From NCBI GenBank assembly GCA_963789715.1, contig CAWBLQ010000004.1, forward strand, positions 286,367 to 350,366: a stretch of 64,000 nucleotides of DNA, read 5' to 3'. Position 1 is the stretch's first letter. Every line of letters starts with the position of its first letter. The translations under genes were made by a program, and so were the position numbers. The notes under the pieces were generated by a model. The model was not told where the DNA came from. It did not search any database and saw nothing but the letters and a program-made list of their open reading frames with translations. This document shows positions 8,232-17,233 of this stretch, piece by piece. The DNA is from Candidatus Binataceae bacterium. GTDB taxonomy: Bacteria; Desulfobacterota; Binatia; Binatales; Binataceae.

Positions 8232-10761
8232 TAGCAAAGATGTGAATCCTGCAACGGCGCCCGAGCGCGTATACGGCGTTGGGCGCAGGCTGATCGGCAA
8301 GGATTACGCAACTCCTGACCTGTATGCGAAGGTCACGGGACAAGCGAAATATGCCGAGGACTATCACGCAGACGGCATGCTGTTTTGCAAGTTGCTTCTG
8401 AGCCCGATGCCGCATGCGCGCGTACGGGACATCGACGCCCGCGAGGCACTTGCGATGCCCGGCGTCAGAGCAATTCTTACGGCGGACGACCTCCCGCCAC
8501 CGGCCGACACTGTCACCGACAACGGCACAGTGATCAAAGCCAATCCGAAAAGCGAACGCGGGCTCACGATGGAGCCGGTGTACCAGGGCGAGCCGATCCT
8601 CGCCGTCGCCGCGGTTGACGAACTCACCGCCGCGGACGCAATCGAGAAGATTCACATCGATCTCGAGCCGCTGCCGTTCGTGATCGATCCGCTCGAGACT
8701 CTGCGGCCGGGCGGGCCGAATCCAAGAACGGACGGAAACATCTGGGTCATGCCGCGAGGATCCACGCCCGGAGTGCCACCAACTGAGCCGCCTTCCATCG
8801 GCGAGCTCAAGTGGACTGACGAGGATTTCGCGAACGCAAAGGACGGTCAATTGCCGATGGGCAAGACGCCCGACCAATGGACGTACGGCGACCTCGAAGC
8901 GGGCTTCAGGAATGCCACGCTCATCCTGGACGAAACGTTCGTGACACCGGACACCAGCCACCAGACGCTCGAAACGCGCAGCGCGATGGCCTACTGGCAG
9001 AATGGCAAGGTCTTCGTTTACACGGGCACCCAGAGCACCGCGCAAACCGTGCCTGCGATCGCACGATGGCTGAATATCGACCGCGGCAAAGTCGTGCTGA
9101 TCAGCGAATACACCGGCGGCGGCTTCGGCAGCAAAGTCACGGCCGGTGTGTCTTTGATCATCCCTGCGCTGCTGTCAAAGAAGGCGAACGCGCCGGTGAT
9201 GATGCGCATCAGTCGCGAGGAGGAGACTTTCATCGGCCGCGCGCGGCCCAGTCTCATGGGTCGGATGAAAGCCGGTTTCTCCAGGGAGGGACGGATCGTA
9301 GCCCTCGATATGTTCGTTATTTCCAACAACGGCCCCTACGACGCGCAAGGCGATGTCCCCACATCCGGCCGAATCGTTTCACTGTTGTATCAGCCGGAGG
9401 CGATGCGCTGGCGCGGAGCGACAATCCTTACGAACACTCCGCCCCGCAGCGCGCAGAGTTCACCAGGCGGCTTGCAGGGCATCATGATTATCGAACCGAT
9501 TATCGCAAAGGCCGCGCGCAAGCTCGGGCTCGACCAGGTGGCGATCAGGCGCATCAACTGTCCTGAAGGCAAGGCGCCATTCGGCGCACCGATCAATGGA
9601 ACGCGACTGCATGCGACCAGCGCGTTTCTGAAGGACGCCCTGGATCGTGGCGCGGAGCAATTCAAATGGCAGGAGCGGGTGGCGCGCACTCCGAAACGGA
9701 TCGGCTCGAAGGTGCGCGGTGTTGGCGTCTCGCTCAGCTGTTTCGTCGGCGGCACGATCGGCTTCGATGGGCTGCTTATCATCAAGCCCGATGGCCGCGT
9801 CACTTTTCAGTCGGGAATCGGCAACCTGGGAACTGAGTCGGTGATCGACGTCCACCGCGCCGGTGCGGAAGTTCTTGGTGTGCCATGGGAAAAGTGCGAC
9901 GTCGTCTGGGGCAACACTGCCAGCAACCTTCCGTTCACCTGCGTATCCGGCGGCAGCCAGACGACGCACGCGATGACGCGCGCCGCGTACGCTACCGCAA
10001 TGGATGCGAGGAAGAAGCTGCAGGAGATCGCGGCGAAGAGCCTCGGCGGCGGACCAGAGGAATACGAAGTCGCCAACGAGCGCGTCTTCCGCAGGGGCGA
10101 TGGCCGCGGCATGACATTGGCGCAGGCGGCTCAACGCGCTATTCAACTCGGCGGCATCTACGACGGCCACGAAGCGGCGCCTGAGCTGCACAAATTGACG
10201 AAAGCCTCCGTCGCGGCGGTCGCGGGCCATGGGCTGGTGGCGGCGGCCAAAGATAACTATCCGCGCGACGGCCAGACGTTTTCCTATGTAGCGAGCTTCG
10301 CCGAAGTCGAGGTTGATGTCGAGACAGGCAAGTATGACATCGTGGACTTCCTCGCATATGCCGACGTTGGCTCGGTGATTCATCCGCGCCCGCTCGGCGG
10401 CGAGGTGCTCGGCCGCTCAGTTCTGGGTATGGGCCATGCGATCGGCCAGAAGTGGGTCTACGACCCCCACTACGGCGCGATGCTTTCGACGCGATTTTAC
10501 CAGAACAAGCCTCCGACGATTCTGGATGTGCCGGTAAATATGCAATGGGCGGCGCTCGATATTCCCGATCCGGAAACGCCGGTGGGCGCGCGAGGCGTGG
10601 GTGAGCCGCCGGTTGGCGGCGGATGCGCCTCTATCCTGAATGCGCTGTCGGATGCGCTCGGAGACGAAATCTTTCGGCGCGCACCGGTCAACCTGGACAC
10701 CATCCTGACCTCGCTCGAAGCCGGACGTCCGATGCAACATCCGCTGATGGCTTACATTTAA
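8224..10761 (+). CDS. Xanthine dehydrogenase family molybdopterin-binding subunit
   Basis: AKVTGQAKYAED, GGGFGSK, VSGGSQTT, SFAEVEVDVETG and catalytic GARGVGEP. Overlaps the upstream gene by 8 nt. Confidence 0.92.
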   Translation: MSDSKDVNPATAPERVYGVGRRLIGKDYATPDLYAKVTGQAKYAEDYHADGMLFCKLLLSPMPHARVRDIDAREALAMPGVRAILTADDLPPPADTVTDNGTVIKANPKSERGLTMEPVYQGEPILAVAAVDELTAADAIEKIHIDLEPLPFVIDPLETLRPGGPNPRTDGNIWVMPRGSTPGVPPTEPPSIGELKWTDEDFANAKDGQLPMGKTPDQWTYGDLEAGFRNATLILDETFVTPDTSHQTLETRSAMAYWQNGKVFVYTGTQSTAQTVPAIARWLNIDRGKVVLISEYTGGGFGSKVTAGVSLIIPALLSKKANAPVMMRISREEETFIGRARPSLMGRMKAGFSREGRIVALDMFVISNNGPYDAQGDVPTSGRIVSLLYQPEAMRWRGATILTNTPPRSAQSSPGGLQGIMIIEPIIAKAARKLGLDQVAIRRINCPEGKAPFGAPINGTRLHATSAFLKDALDRGAEQFKWQERVARTPKRIGSKVRGVGVSLSCFVGGTIGFDGLLIIKPDGRVTFQSGIGNLGTESVIDVHRAGAEVLGVPWEKCDVVWGNTASNLPFTCVSGGSQTTHAMTRAAYATAMDARKKLQEIAAKSLGGGPEEYEVANERVFRRGDGRGMTLAQAAQRAIQLGGIYDGHEAAPELHKLTKASVAAVAGHGLVAAAKDNYPRDGQTFSYVASFAEVEVDVETGKYDIVDFLAYADVGSVIHPRPLGGEVLGRSVLGMGHAIGQKWVYDPHYGAMLSTRFYQNKPPTILDVPVNMQWAALDIPDPETPVGARGVGEPPVGGGCASILNALSDALGDEIFRRAPVNLDTILTSLEAGRPMQHPLMAYI

Positions 10762-10773
10762 TTGGAGAGAGTT

Positions 10774-11785
10774 ATGGCTGTAATCCGGGATGTCATGCCG
10801 TCATTCGAGCTGCTTCAGCCAAACTCCATCGCCGAAGCGCAGCGGCTGCTCGAACAGAACGGAAGCGACGGCTGGGCGCTCGCTGGAGGCCTCGACAGAC
10901 TGGCTCAAAGATCGCATCAAGAGACCGAAAACGGTTATCGACTTGAGCGGGGTCGAGGAACTCAAAGGAATACGCGCCACCAGCGATGGCGTCGAGATTG
11001 GCGCGATGACCACTCTGACCGAAATCGTGCAGCATCCCGTGATTCGAGAGAAGTACGGTCTGCTGGTGGCTAGCGCGGAGTTAGTGGCCTCACCGCAAAT
11101 CCGGAACCAGGGCACCATCGGCGGCAACCTATCGCAGGACGCTCGATGCTGGTACTACCGCGCCGGTTGGCCCTGCTATCGCGCGGGAGGAAACATCTGT
11201 TATGCCGACACACCTGAGGGCCGCAATCGCGAGCACGCGATTCTGCACGCGGATCGTTGCGTCGCGGTTAATCCTTCGGACACTGCCCCAGCACTAATCG
11301 CGCTCGACGCCAAATTCGCGATCAGCACACGCAAAGGTGACCGCGTCGTGGATGCGGAAGATTATTTTATCGGTCCGGACATCGATATTACGCGGCTGCA
11401 CATCTTGCAGCCCGGCGATCTGCTGACGGCAATTCGAATTCCGTCCACCTGGGCTGGTGCGAAATTTTATTTTGAGAAGGTACGGGACCGGAACGTGTGG
11501 GACTTCCCGCTGCTGAACGTCGCGTCGGCTATGACTCTATCCGGCGGCAGGATTCAGGGAATCCGCATTGCGGTGAACGCTGCCGCCGCTCGTCCGCTTC
11601 GGTTGAAGGCTGTCGAAAGCGCAGTGTACGGCATGCCGCCGAACGCTGACACCGGGGAGATAGCGGGGAAGCTGGCGGTCGAAGGCGCGATCCCGCTGCA
11701 ATTCAACGCCTACAAGATTCCGCTGATGAGAAACCTGGTGAAGCGCGCTATCTGCGGAGTGGAGCAAGCGACATGGGTTTCCTAG
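10774..11785 (+). pseudogene. FAD-binding subunit of the xanthine dehydrogenase family (PaoB/YagS-like), interrupted by a frameshift at about 10894-10900 (mutation or assembly error)
   Basis: RBS GGAG then ATG at 10774 gives MAVIRDVMPSFELLQP...ALAGGLD in frame 1. The continuation DWLKDRIKRPKTVIDLS...SPQIRNQGTIGGNLSQDARCWYYR...CYRAGGNIC...C is in frame 2. The sequence at the join is CTC GAC AG AC TGG. Confidence 0.85.
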
Positions 11786-12630
11786 AGTGGGCAATAGATC
11801 CTTGGGGGCTGAACGTTCCCATTCACATCGCGTGGTTCCTGATATGGGTAGCGGTGATTGCAGGGCTCGCCTTCTTCGTAGTTCACGCGACCTATCTGAG
11901 GTACTTCGCCAAGCCGCGGCAGTTTGCGCCGGAAATTCCGCATCAAGACCCGTCCGCGATACCAGCACGCGTGCCGCGGCACTCGCACGTCGCGCGCGTG
12001 TTCCACTGGATAATGGCGGCCGCTATGTTGACGCTGCTGTTTACGGCCTTCCTTCCCAAGGTGGGCGTCCAGTTTAACTGGGTGACTTACCATTGGATTG
12101 CAGGCACGGTGCTGACCTTGTCGATTCTCTTTCACATCTTCCACGCGTCGTTCTGGCTGGACTTCTGGTCGATCTGGCCCGACAGAATCGACATGACGGA
12201 CGCCTACCACAGAGTTATCCGGTTTGTAGGACAGCCGGCTCCCCCGCCCAGGAAGTTCGCAAAGTATCCGCTGGAGAACAAACTCTATCATGGCGCAATC
12301 ATCGTGGCCGGCCTGTCCGCAATCGTCACCGGCGTCTTCATGATGTTTCGCGTGCGCACGATCTTCTTTGTCCGCAATCCATATCTATTCAGCGATATGA
12401 CCTGGGGCATGATCTACGTGCTGCACGGTCTGGCGGGTGTAGGACTGATCGCGTTGATCATGGTGCATGTCTATTTCGGGATTCGCCCCGAGAAACGCCA
12501 GATCACCAAGTCGATGATCTTCGGCTGGATGAGTCGCGAGTTTTATCTGGAAGAGCACGATCCCGGGCGATGGGTTGTTGGTCCCTCGAATGCGGCGCAG
12601 CCGGTCGTTGGTTCCAAGGGTGAGGACTGA
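11773..12630 (+). CDS. Cytochrome b/b6-domain membrane protein (FdnI-like)
   Basis: About 5 TM segments with His in helices: ARVFHW, YHWIAG, LFHIFH, KLYHG, VLHGLAG, IMVHVY. Overlaps the FAD-subunit stop. Confidence 0.82.
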   Translation: MGFLEWAIDPWGLNVPIHIAWFLIWVAVIAGLAFFVVHATYLRYFAKPRQFAPEIPHQDPSAIPARVPRHSHVARVFHWIMAAAMLTLLFTAFLPKVGVQFNWVTYHWIAGTVLTLSILFHIFHASFWLDFWSIWPDRIDMTDAYHRVIRFVGQPAPPPRKFAKYPLENKLYHGAIIVAGLSAIVTGVFMMFRVRTIFFVRNPYLFSDMTWGMIYVLHGLAGVGLIALIMVHVYFGIRPEKRQITKSMIFGWMSREFYLEEHDPGRWVVGPSNAAQPVVGSKGED

Positions 12631-12633
12631 GCG

Positions 12634-13047
12634 ATGCCGGCGGAAATCTGGGAGCATTGCAACACCGTTGAAGAGTGCTACGAATTCATGCTGGCCTACG
12701 CCGCGCAGGGACATCCGAGCGATGAAGGCAGCAAGCCGGGCGCAAGGATTCGCGAATTTCTGCGGCGCGCCGCGACAGCTATCGCAGGGCTGGTTGAGGA
12801 GTGTTCGAAGGTTGTCAAAGAGCAACGCCTTGAGCCGGCCGAAAAATATCAGACCTTCCTTGCTGTGCTCGACCGCGATGCGCGAGATTCGCTGGCAGTT
12901 ATAGATTTGGTGCTGGCCCAGCCTTCAATCAGCTCTCAACTGGTCGACAATCTCAATGCGTCGATCCATCTTCGCGCGCTGCTCACAGATCTGTTCCTCG
13001 TGAGTGACATACTCAGGTCGCGGCTCGCCTCCCGGCAAATTCGCTGA
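12634..13047 (+). CDS. Hypothetical helical protein, last gene of the Mo-enzyme operon
   Basis: Starts 3 nt after the cytochrome b stop, same strand, plausible protein composition, no recognisable motif. Confidence 0.65.
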   Translation: MPAEIWEHCNTVEECYEFMLAYAAQGHPSDEGSKPGARIREFLRRAATAIAGLVEECSKVVKEQRLEPAEKYQTFLAVLDRDARDSLAVIDLVLAQPSISSQLVDNLNASIHLRALLTDLFLVSDILRSRLASRQIR

Positions 13048-13203
13048 GAGTCGGTAAACCGCCATTGGATTTTTTCGCCAGCTTCAGCACCGTTCGTAAC
13101 CCCCGCAATCGACGACCTGATTTTCCCGCGCAGTTTGCTCCGCAACGTGATAAGAGTGCGGAACCGCGTCGTACCATCAGGCGCGCGAGGGGAGGGACTG
13201 CAA

Positions 13204-14751
13204 ATGCATCGATCGATAACCGGGGTGCTGCGCGCAATTGCGCCGGCGATCGGACTTGTCGCGAGCCTGCTGGTGACGCGAGCCAGCGCCGACGAAGCTG
13301 ATCGTTTTCCGACCGCCACACCAATAAAGCACCTGGTGATTATCTTCCAGGAAAACGAGACCTTCGATCATTACTTCGGAACCTATCCTAACGCCACCAA
13401 CCCTCCAGACGAGCCTGAGTTCGTTCCCGGTCGAGACACTCCGTCCGTTAACGGACTGACCCCCGCGCTGCTGAACTTCAATCCCAATGGCGTCAATCCG
13501 TTCCGCTACGATCGCTCGCAAGCCTTTACCTGCGACGGCGACAACGGCTATATGGCCGAGCAGCAGCAGTTCGACATGGGCTTGATGGACCAATTCCCTA
13601 CCTTTACCGAGCTGCCTCCTGGTTGCCCGGATTACGGTCATGGCAGCGCGTTCGTTATGGGCTATTTCGACGGCAACACGGTGACTGCGTTGTGGAACTA
13701 CGCGCAGCATTTTGCGATGAGCGATAATTCTTACGGGACTACTTTCGGCAGTACCCTGCTGGGGCATATCAATCTGGTTTCGGGCCAGACCAACGGCGCT
13801 ATCGCGACTCCGCCCAACCCGCTGATCGTCCTGGAAGGCACTCTCGTCGCCAATGCGCAGCCGACCGGCGACGTTTGCTTCACGAGCGCCAGTCAAACGG
13901 TTCAAATGTCCGGAACGAACCTTGGCGATCTGCTGAATGCGAACAGGATAAGCTGGGGTTCCTTCGAGGGCGGCTTCAATCTGCAGACGGTCAATCCCAA
14001 CGGCACGACAGGATGTAACCGCAGCCATCTCAATCCGGTAACCGGTTTGCTCGTTAAAGATTACAACGGCCAATACACGCCGTTTCAGTATTATCCGCAG
14101 ACCAGCAACTTGGCGCATACTCGTCCCGCCAATGTTTCCGAGATAGGGCATTCCGGCCCGGCGAACCACGAGTACGACCTGGCCGATCTTCTCGTCGCCG
14201 CAAAGGCCGACAACCTGCCCGCGGTCAGCTATGTCAAGGCGGAGCGCTATCAGACCGGGCACGCGGGAGGGATCTCGGATCCGCTGGACGAGCAGGTGTT
14301 CCTGGTCCAGACGATCAACGCACTCGAGAAGACGCGGCAGTGGAAAAGCATGGCGATCATAATCGCCTTCGACGACAGCGACGGCGACTATGATCATCAG
14401 ATGAGCCCGATCTTCAACGGCTCCACGTCGGTGCTCGACGCTCTCAACGGGACCGGCATTTGCGGGTCGGGTGACCCGTCGCTTGGCGATGCGGAGCTGC
14501 GATGCGGTTACGGGCCGCGACTGCCGTTGCTGGTCATCTCACCCTACTCGAGGCGCAATTTCGTTGACCATACTATCACCGACCTGACTTCGATAACGCG
14601 CTTCGTCGAAGACAACTGGTCACTCGGCAGGATAGGCGGAGGCTCCTACGACGCAATCGCTGGCCCGCTCAGCAACCTGTTCGACTTCACCGGGGGACAT
14701 CGCACGGGGCGTCTCTTTCTCGACCCTGACACCGGTGAACGCGCACATTAA
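13204..14751 (+). CDS. Secreted phosphoesterase / phospholipase C (AcpA-like) family protein
   Basis: Signal peptide ending ASA. KHLVIIFQENETFDHYFG, YFDGNTVTALWNYAQHFAMSDN, LPAVSYVK, FDDSDG and CGYGPRLPLLVISPY. RBS GGAGGG before the ATG at 13204. Confidence 0.88.
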   Translation: MHRSITGVLRAIAPAIGLVASLLVTRASADEADRFPTATPIKHLVIIFQENETFDHYFGTYPNATNPPDEPEFVPGRDTPSVNGLTPALLNFNPNGVNPFRYDRSQAFTCDGDNGYMAEQQQFDMGLMDQFPTFTELPPGCPDYGHGSAFVMGYFDGNTVTALWNYAQHFAMSDNSYGTTFGSTLLGHINLVSGQTNGAIATPPNPLIVLEGTLVANAQPTGDVCFTSASQTVQMSGTNLGDLLNANRISWGSFEGGFNLQTVNPNGTTGCNRSHLNPVTGLLVKDYNGQYTPFQYYPQTSNLAHTRPANVSEIGHSGPANHEYDLADLLVAAKADNLPAVSYVKAERYQTGHAGGISDPLDEQVFLVQTINALEKTRQWKSMAIIIAFDDSDGDYDHQMSPIFNGSTSVLDALNGTGICGSGDPSLGDAELRCGYGPRLPLLVISPYSRRNFVDHTITDLTSITRFVEDNWSLGRIGGGSYDAIAGPLSNLFDFTGGHRTGRLFLDPDTGERAH

Positions 14752-14803
14752 ACTCGGCTTGGATGCTGAGAGTCAGTCCGGTTCCCGAAACTACGGTGAG
14801 GTG

Positions 14804-16006
14804 ATGGCTAAGGCATGGAAATACCTCTGCATCGCTCTTGGCACAGCAGGGTGCGTACTCTCTGTCGGGTTCACGACGCTCTTGTGGGATAAGCCTTGGC
14901 CGCATCCGATCCTGACGATTGATGGCCAGAGCTATCTGGAGGGGGCGGCCGGCGCAAGGTGGGCCACCTTGTTCAAGTTACGTGATCTCTACCATTCGCC
15001 TGGCTACCAAATCTATCTCAGGTGTCTCTTCGCGGCCCTCGGCTCACTTAATGCCGTGACTCATGCTTCAAAGATTCTGTCCCTAATAATGTTCTTCGCA
15101 TCGGCGGTGCTGCTATACCGGCTTGGACGCCGCTGGTTTCAGCCTGCCGTGGCACAAATCGCGGTCGCCCTGTTCTTGTTGTCCGAGTCCTGGAGATATT
15201 ACTGCAATATGATCCAGTACGAAGTGCTGACAGGTTTTTTGATGTTGCTGTTTCTTTCGATGTTGATGTGGGCTCAGTCCAGCTCGCCAAAGATGTCGCG
15301 GTTCTACGGCATTGGAATGGGCTCTGTGCTGGCTTTCATTTCTCTGATTCAGATGCGATACCTGGCGTTGCTTCTGATTCCGTTTAGTTACTCCCTGATT
15401 CGGAGAAAGAGCCAGTCGCTTGGGGACTTGCGCCGAAACGGGATTATCCTTTTGACATCAATCGTGCTGCTTGCAGGATGGTCGTTAGCGCAATCTTTAG
15501 ACCAGGGTCGTCCCGTATTTTTGATGGAAGGGAGCGCTTTTCGATTTCAGGTGGCAAACAACCCGAACGCAGTTGGATACAGCTTTCCATATCCTGATAT
15601 CGTCGAACCGAGTGGTTGGCAGTTCGTGCTATGGATGCCTGGGCAGTGGCTCTGGCTGATCGGGCAGCGGGCTTTATACTTGTTTGGGATCAAACGCGAC
15701 ATTTGGGCGCTTCCTCCGGAAGGCTTCAGGAGCGGTCCAATCGGCTCGTACTCCGTGCTGGATCTGATCAGCGTGACAGTTTTTGCCACTGGTCTGATAA
15801 CAGCTATGACTCGCATCCGCCGCAGCGAGCTCAGCGACGAGCCTGAAGCCGGCGTACTCTTGCTTGCATGCGTGATCTTGCCGGCGCTCTTCATCTTTGG
15901 AAGCAAACGCTTCATTGTCCCGGTGATTCCATTGTTTGCGCTTTTTCAGGGATATGCGATTGTCACTGCTGCTCGAGGTCTTTTGGGCGATCGCAGGATT
16001 GAGTGA
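14804..16006 (+). CDS. Polytopic membrane glycosyltransferase (GT-C, ArnT/PMT/GT39-like)
   Basis: Many TM segments, an early loop IDGQSY, HSPGY and a late KRFIVPVIP motif. Noticeably AT-richer than its flanks. Confidence 0.65.
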   Translation: MAKAWKYLCIALGTAGCVLSVGFTTLLWDKPWPHPILTIDGQSYLEGAAGARWATLFKLRDLYHSPGYQIYLRCLFAALGSLNAVTHASKILSLIMFFASAVLLYRLGRRWFQPAVAQIAVALFLLSESWRYYCNMIQYEVLTGFLMLLFLSMLMWAQSSSPKMSRFYGIGMGSVLAFISLIQMRYLALLLIPFSYSLIRRKSQSLGDLRRNGIILLTSIVLLAGWSLAQSLDQGRPVFLMEGSAFRFQVANNPNAVGYSFPYPDIVEPSGWQFVLWMPGQWLWLIGQRALYLFGIKRDIWALPPEGFRSGPIGSYSVLDLISVTVFATGLITAMTRIRRSELSDEPEAGVLLLACVILPALFIFGSKRFIVPVIPLFALFQGYAIVTAARGLLGDRRIE

Positions 16007-16140
16007 GTTTTCGCCGAGGGGCGCGGAAATGGAGAAAAACGTTGTAGCCTTCTGGTTGACGAGATTCAGCCGGAGAACCGGCAGGAAGGAGGCGACCGCA
16101 ATCGATTGATCTTGGTTGAGTGCGCGGTTTATTAGTGCCC

Positions 16141-17205
16141 ATGGAATCCAGCCCGATGACAGCCGCTGGCATAGCTGAATCTGCAAGTGAGAGCACATCC
16201 GCTGAACCCCTGCGGAGCCTTACACAGGCGAGCTTCGACATCTATGGTACGGGCCTCACCCTGATGAGTGGGGTTCCCCGTTTAATCGACAGCCTGACCA
16301 GGGATTTCGCATATTTTCTCGCCCCCGCTCAGAGCGGAGCGATTAAGATTGTTGCCCACGACGATGACCCGCCCTGGAACCGCATTCCCGACCGAATCGC
16401 CAGCGGGATCACGCCCAACGCGCTGAGCTACGACGATCACGAGGTTCGCTACAACGACTACCACGGACAGGCGCTTGGGAAATACGACTTCGCCAACGAG
16501 CAGGGCGAGCTCTGGAGCCGCGATTCCGACCTTCTTTACGAGCTGACCTATCTGATGGCTTTGTCGCGGGTGGGCGAGGTCCACGATCGAAGAGGAATTC
16601 ACCGGGTTCACGCGCTCGGAATTGCCATCGCCGATCGAGGTGCGCTGGTGCTACTCCCTGAAGCAGGTGGTAAAACCACGCTGGCATTGGAACTGCTCAA
16701 GCGGCCCGTTGTCAAGATTCTTTCTGACGATACGCCGCTGCTCGCGAAAGGGCAGTTGCTCGCGTTCCCTACCAGGATGGGAGTTCGCGGCAAAGTTGAA
16801 GGGATAGGTCCCGAACATCTGCGGACCTTCAATCGCCGCAATCACGGTCCCAAAACCCTGATCGATCTGAGCTACTTCCGCGACCGCGTGATCGATCGAG
16901 CATCGCCAAAGGTAGTCATCGTGGGCGCTCGCAGCAGCGGCGCCGAGTCGAGCATCGCGCCGATGAGCCGGGCCCAGGCGCTTCCGGCGTTGGCCGCAAA
17001 CCTGGTTTTCGGGCTAGGTCTGCCGCAGGTGCTGGAATATTTCCTGCGCGGTGGAGTCAGTGACATTTTTCGGAAAGGATCGATCGCCTCATCGCGGTTG
17101 CTGGCGGCTTTGCGCTTGTTGAGCCGAACCGATTGCTATCGGTTGGTTGTGGGTCGGGACTTGGCCGGCGCCGCGGATTCGGTCGAGTCCGTGCTGGCAC
17201 CCTGA
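16141..17205 (+). CDS. HprK-related P-loop kinase-like protein
   Basis: RVHALGIAIADRGALVLLPEAGGKTTLAL (Walker A-like GGKT) followed by ILSDDTPLL, the HPr-kinase-like signature. The start is uncertain (16120, 16141 or 16156). Confidence 0.6.
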   Translation: MESSPMTAAGIAESASESTSAEPLRSLTQASFDIYGTGLTLMSGVPRLIDSLTRDFAYFLAPAQSGAIKIVAHDDDPPWNRIPDRIASGITPNALSYDDHEVRYNDYHGQALGKYDFANEQGELWSRDSDLLYELTYLMALSRVGEVHDRRGIHRVHALGIAIADRGALVLLPEAGGKTTLALELLKRPVVKILSDDTPLLAKGQLLAFPTRMGVRGKVEGIGPEHLRTFNRRNHGPKTLIDLSYFRDRVIDRASPKVVIVGARSSGAESSIAPMSRAQALPALAANLVFGLGLPQVLEYFLRGGVSDIFRKGSIASSRLLAALRLLSRTDCYRLVVGRDLAGAADSVESVLAP

Positions 17206-17233
17206 ACTGCGAGCGGGTTTCGTGAGTTCGCTT

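Noticed and set aside
16029-16109. 26-aa ORF (MEKNVVAFWLTRFSRRTGRKEATAID) as a RiPP or lasso precursor for the adjacent HprK-like kinase
   Set aside because: No lasso leader or core pattern, no C-terminal Ser, and no PqqD, cyclase or peptidase genes nearby.
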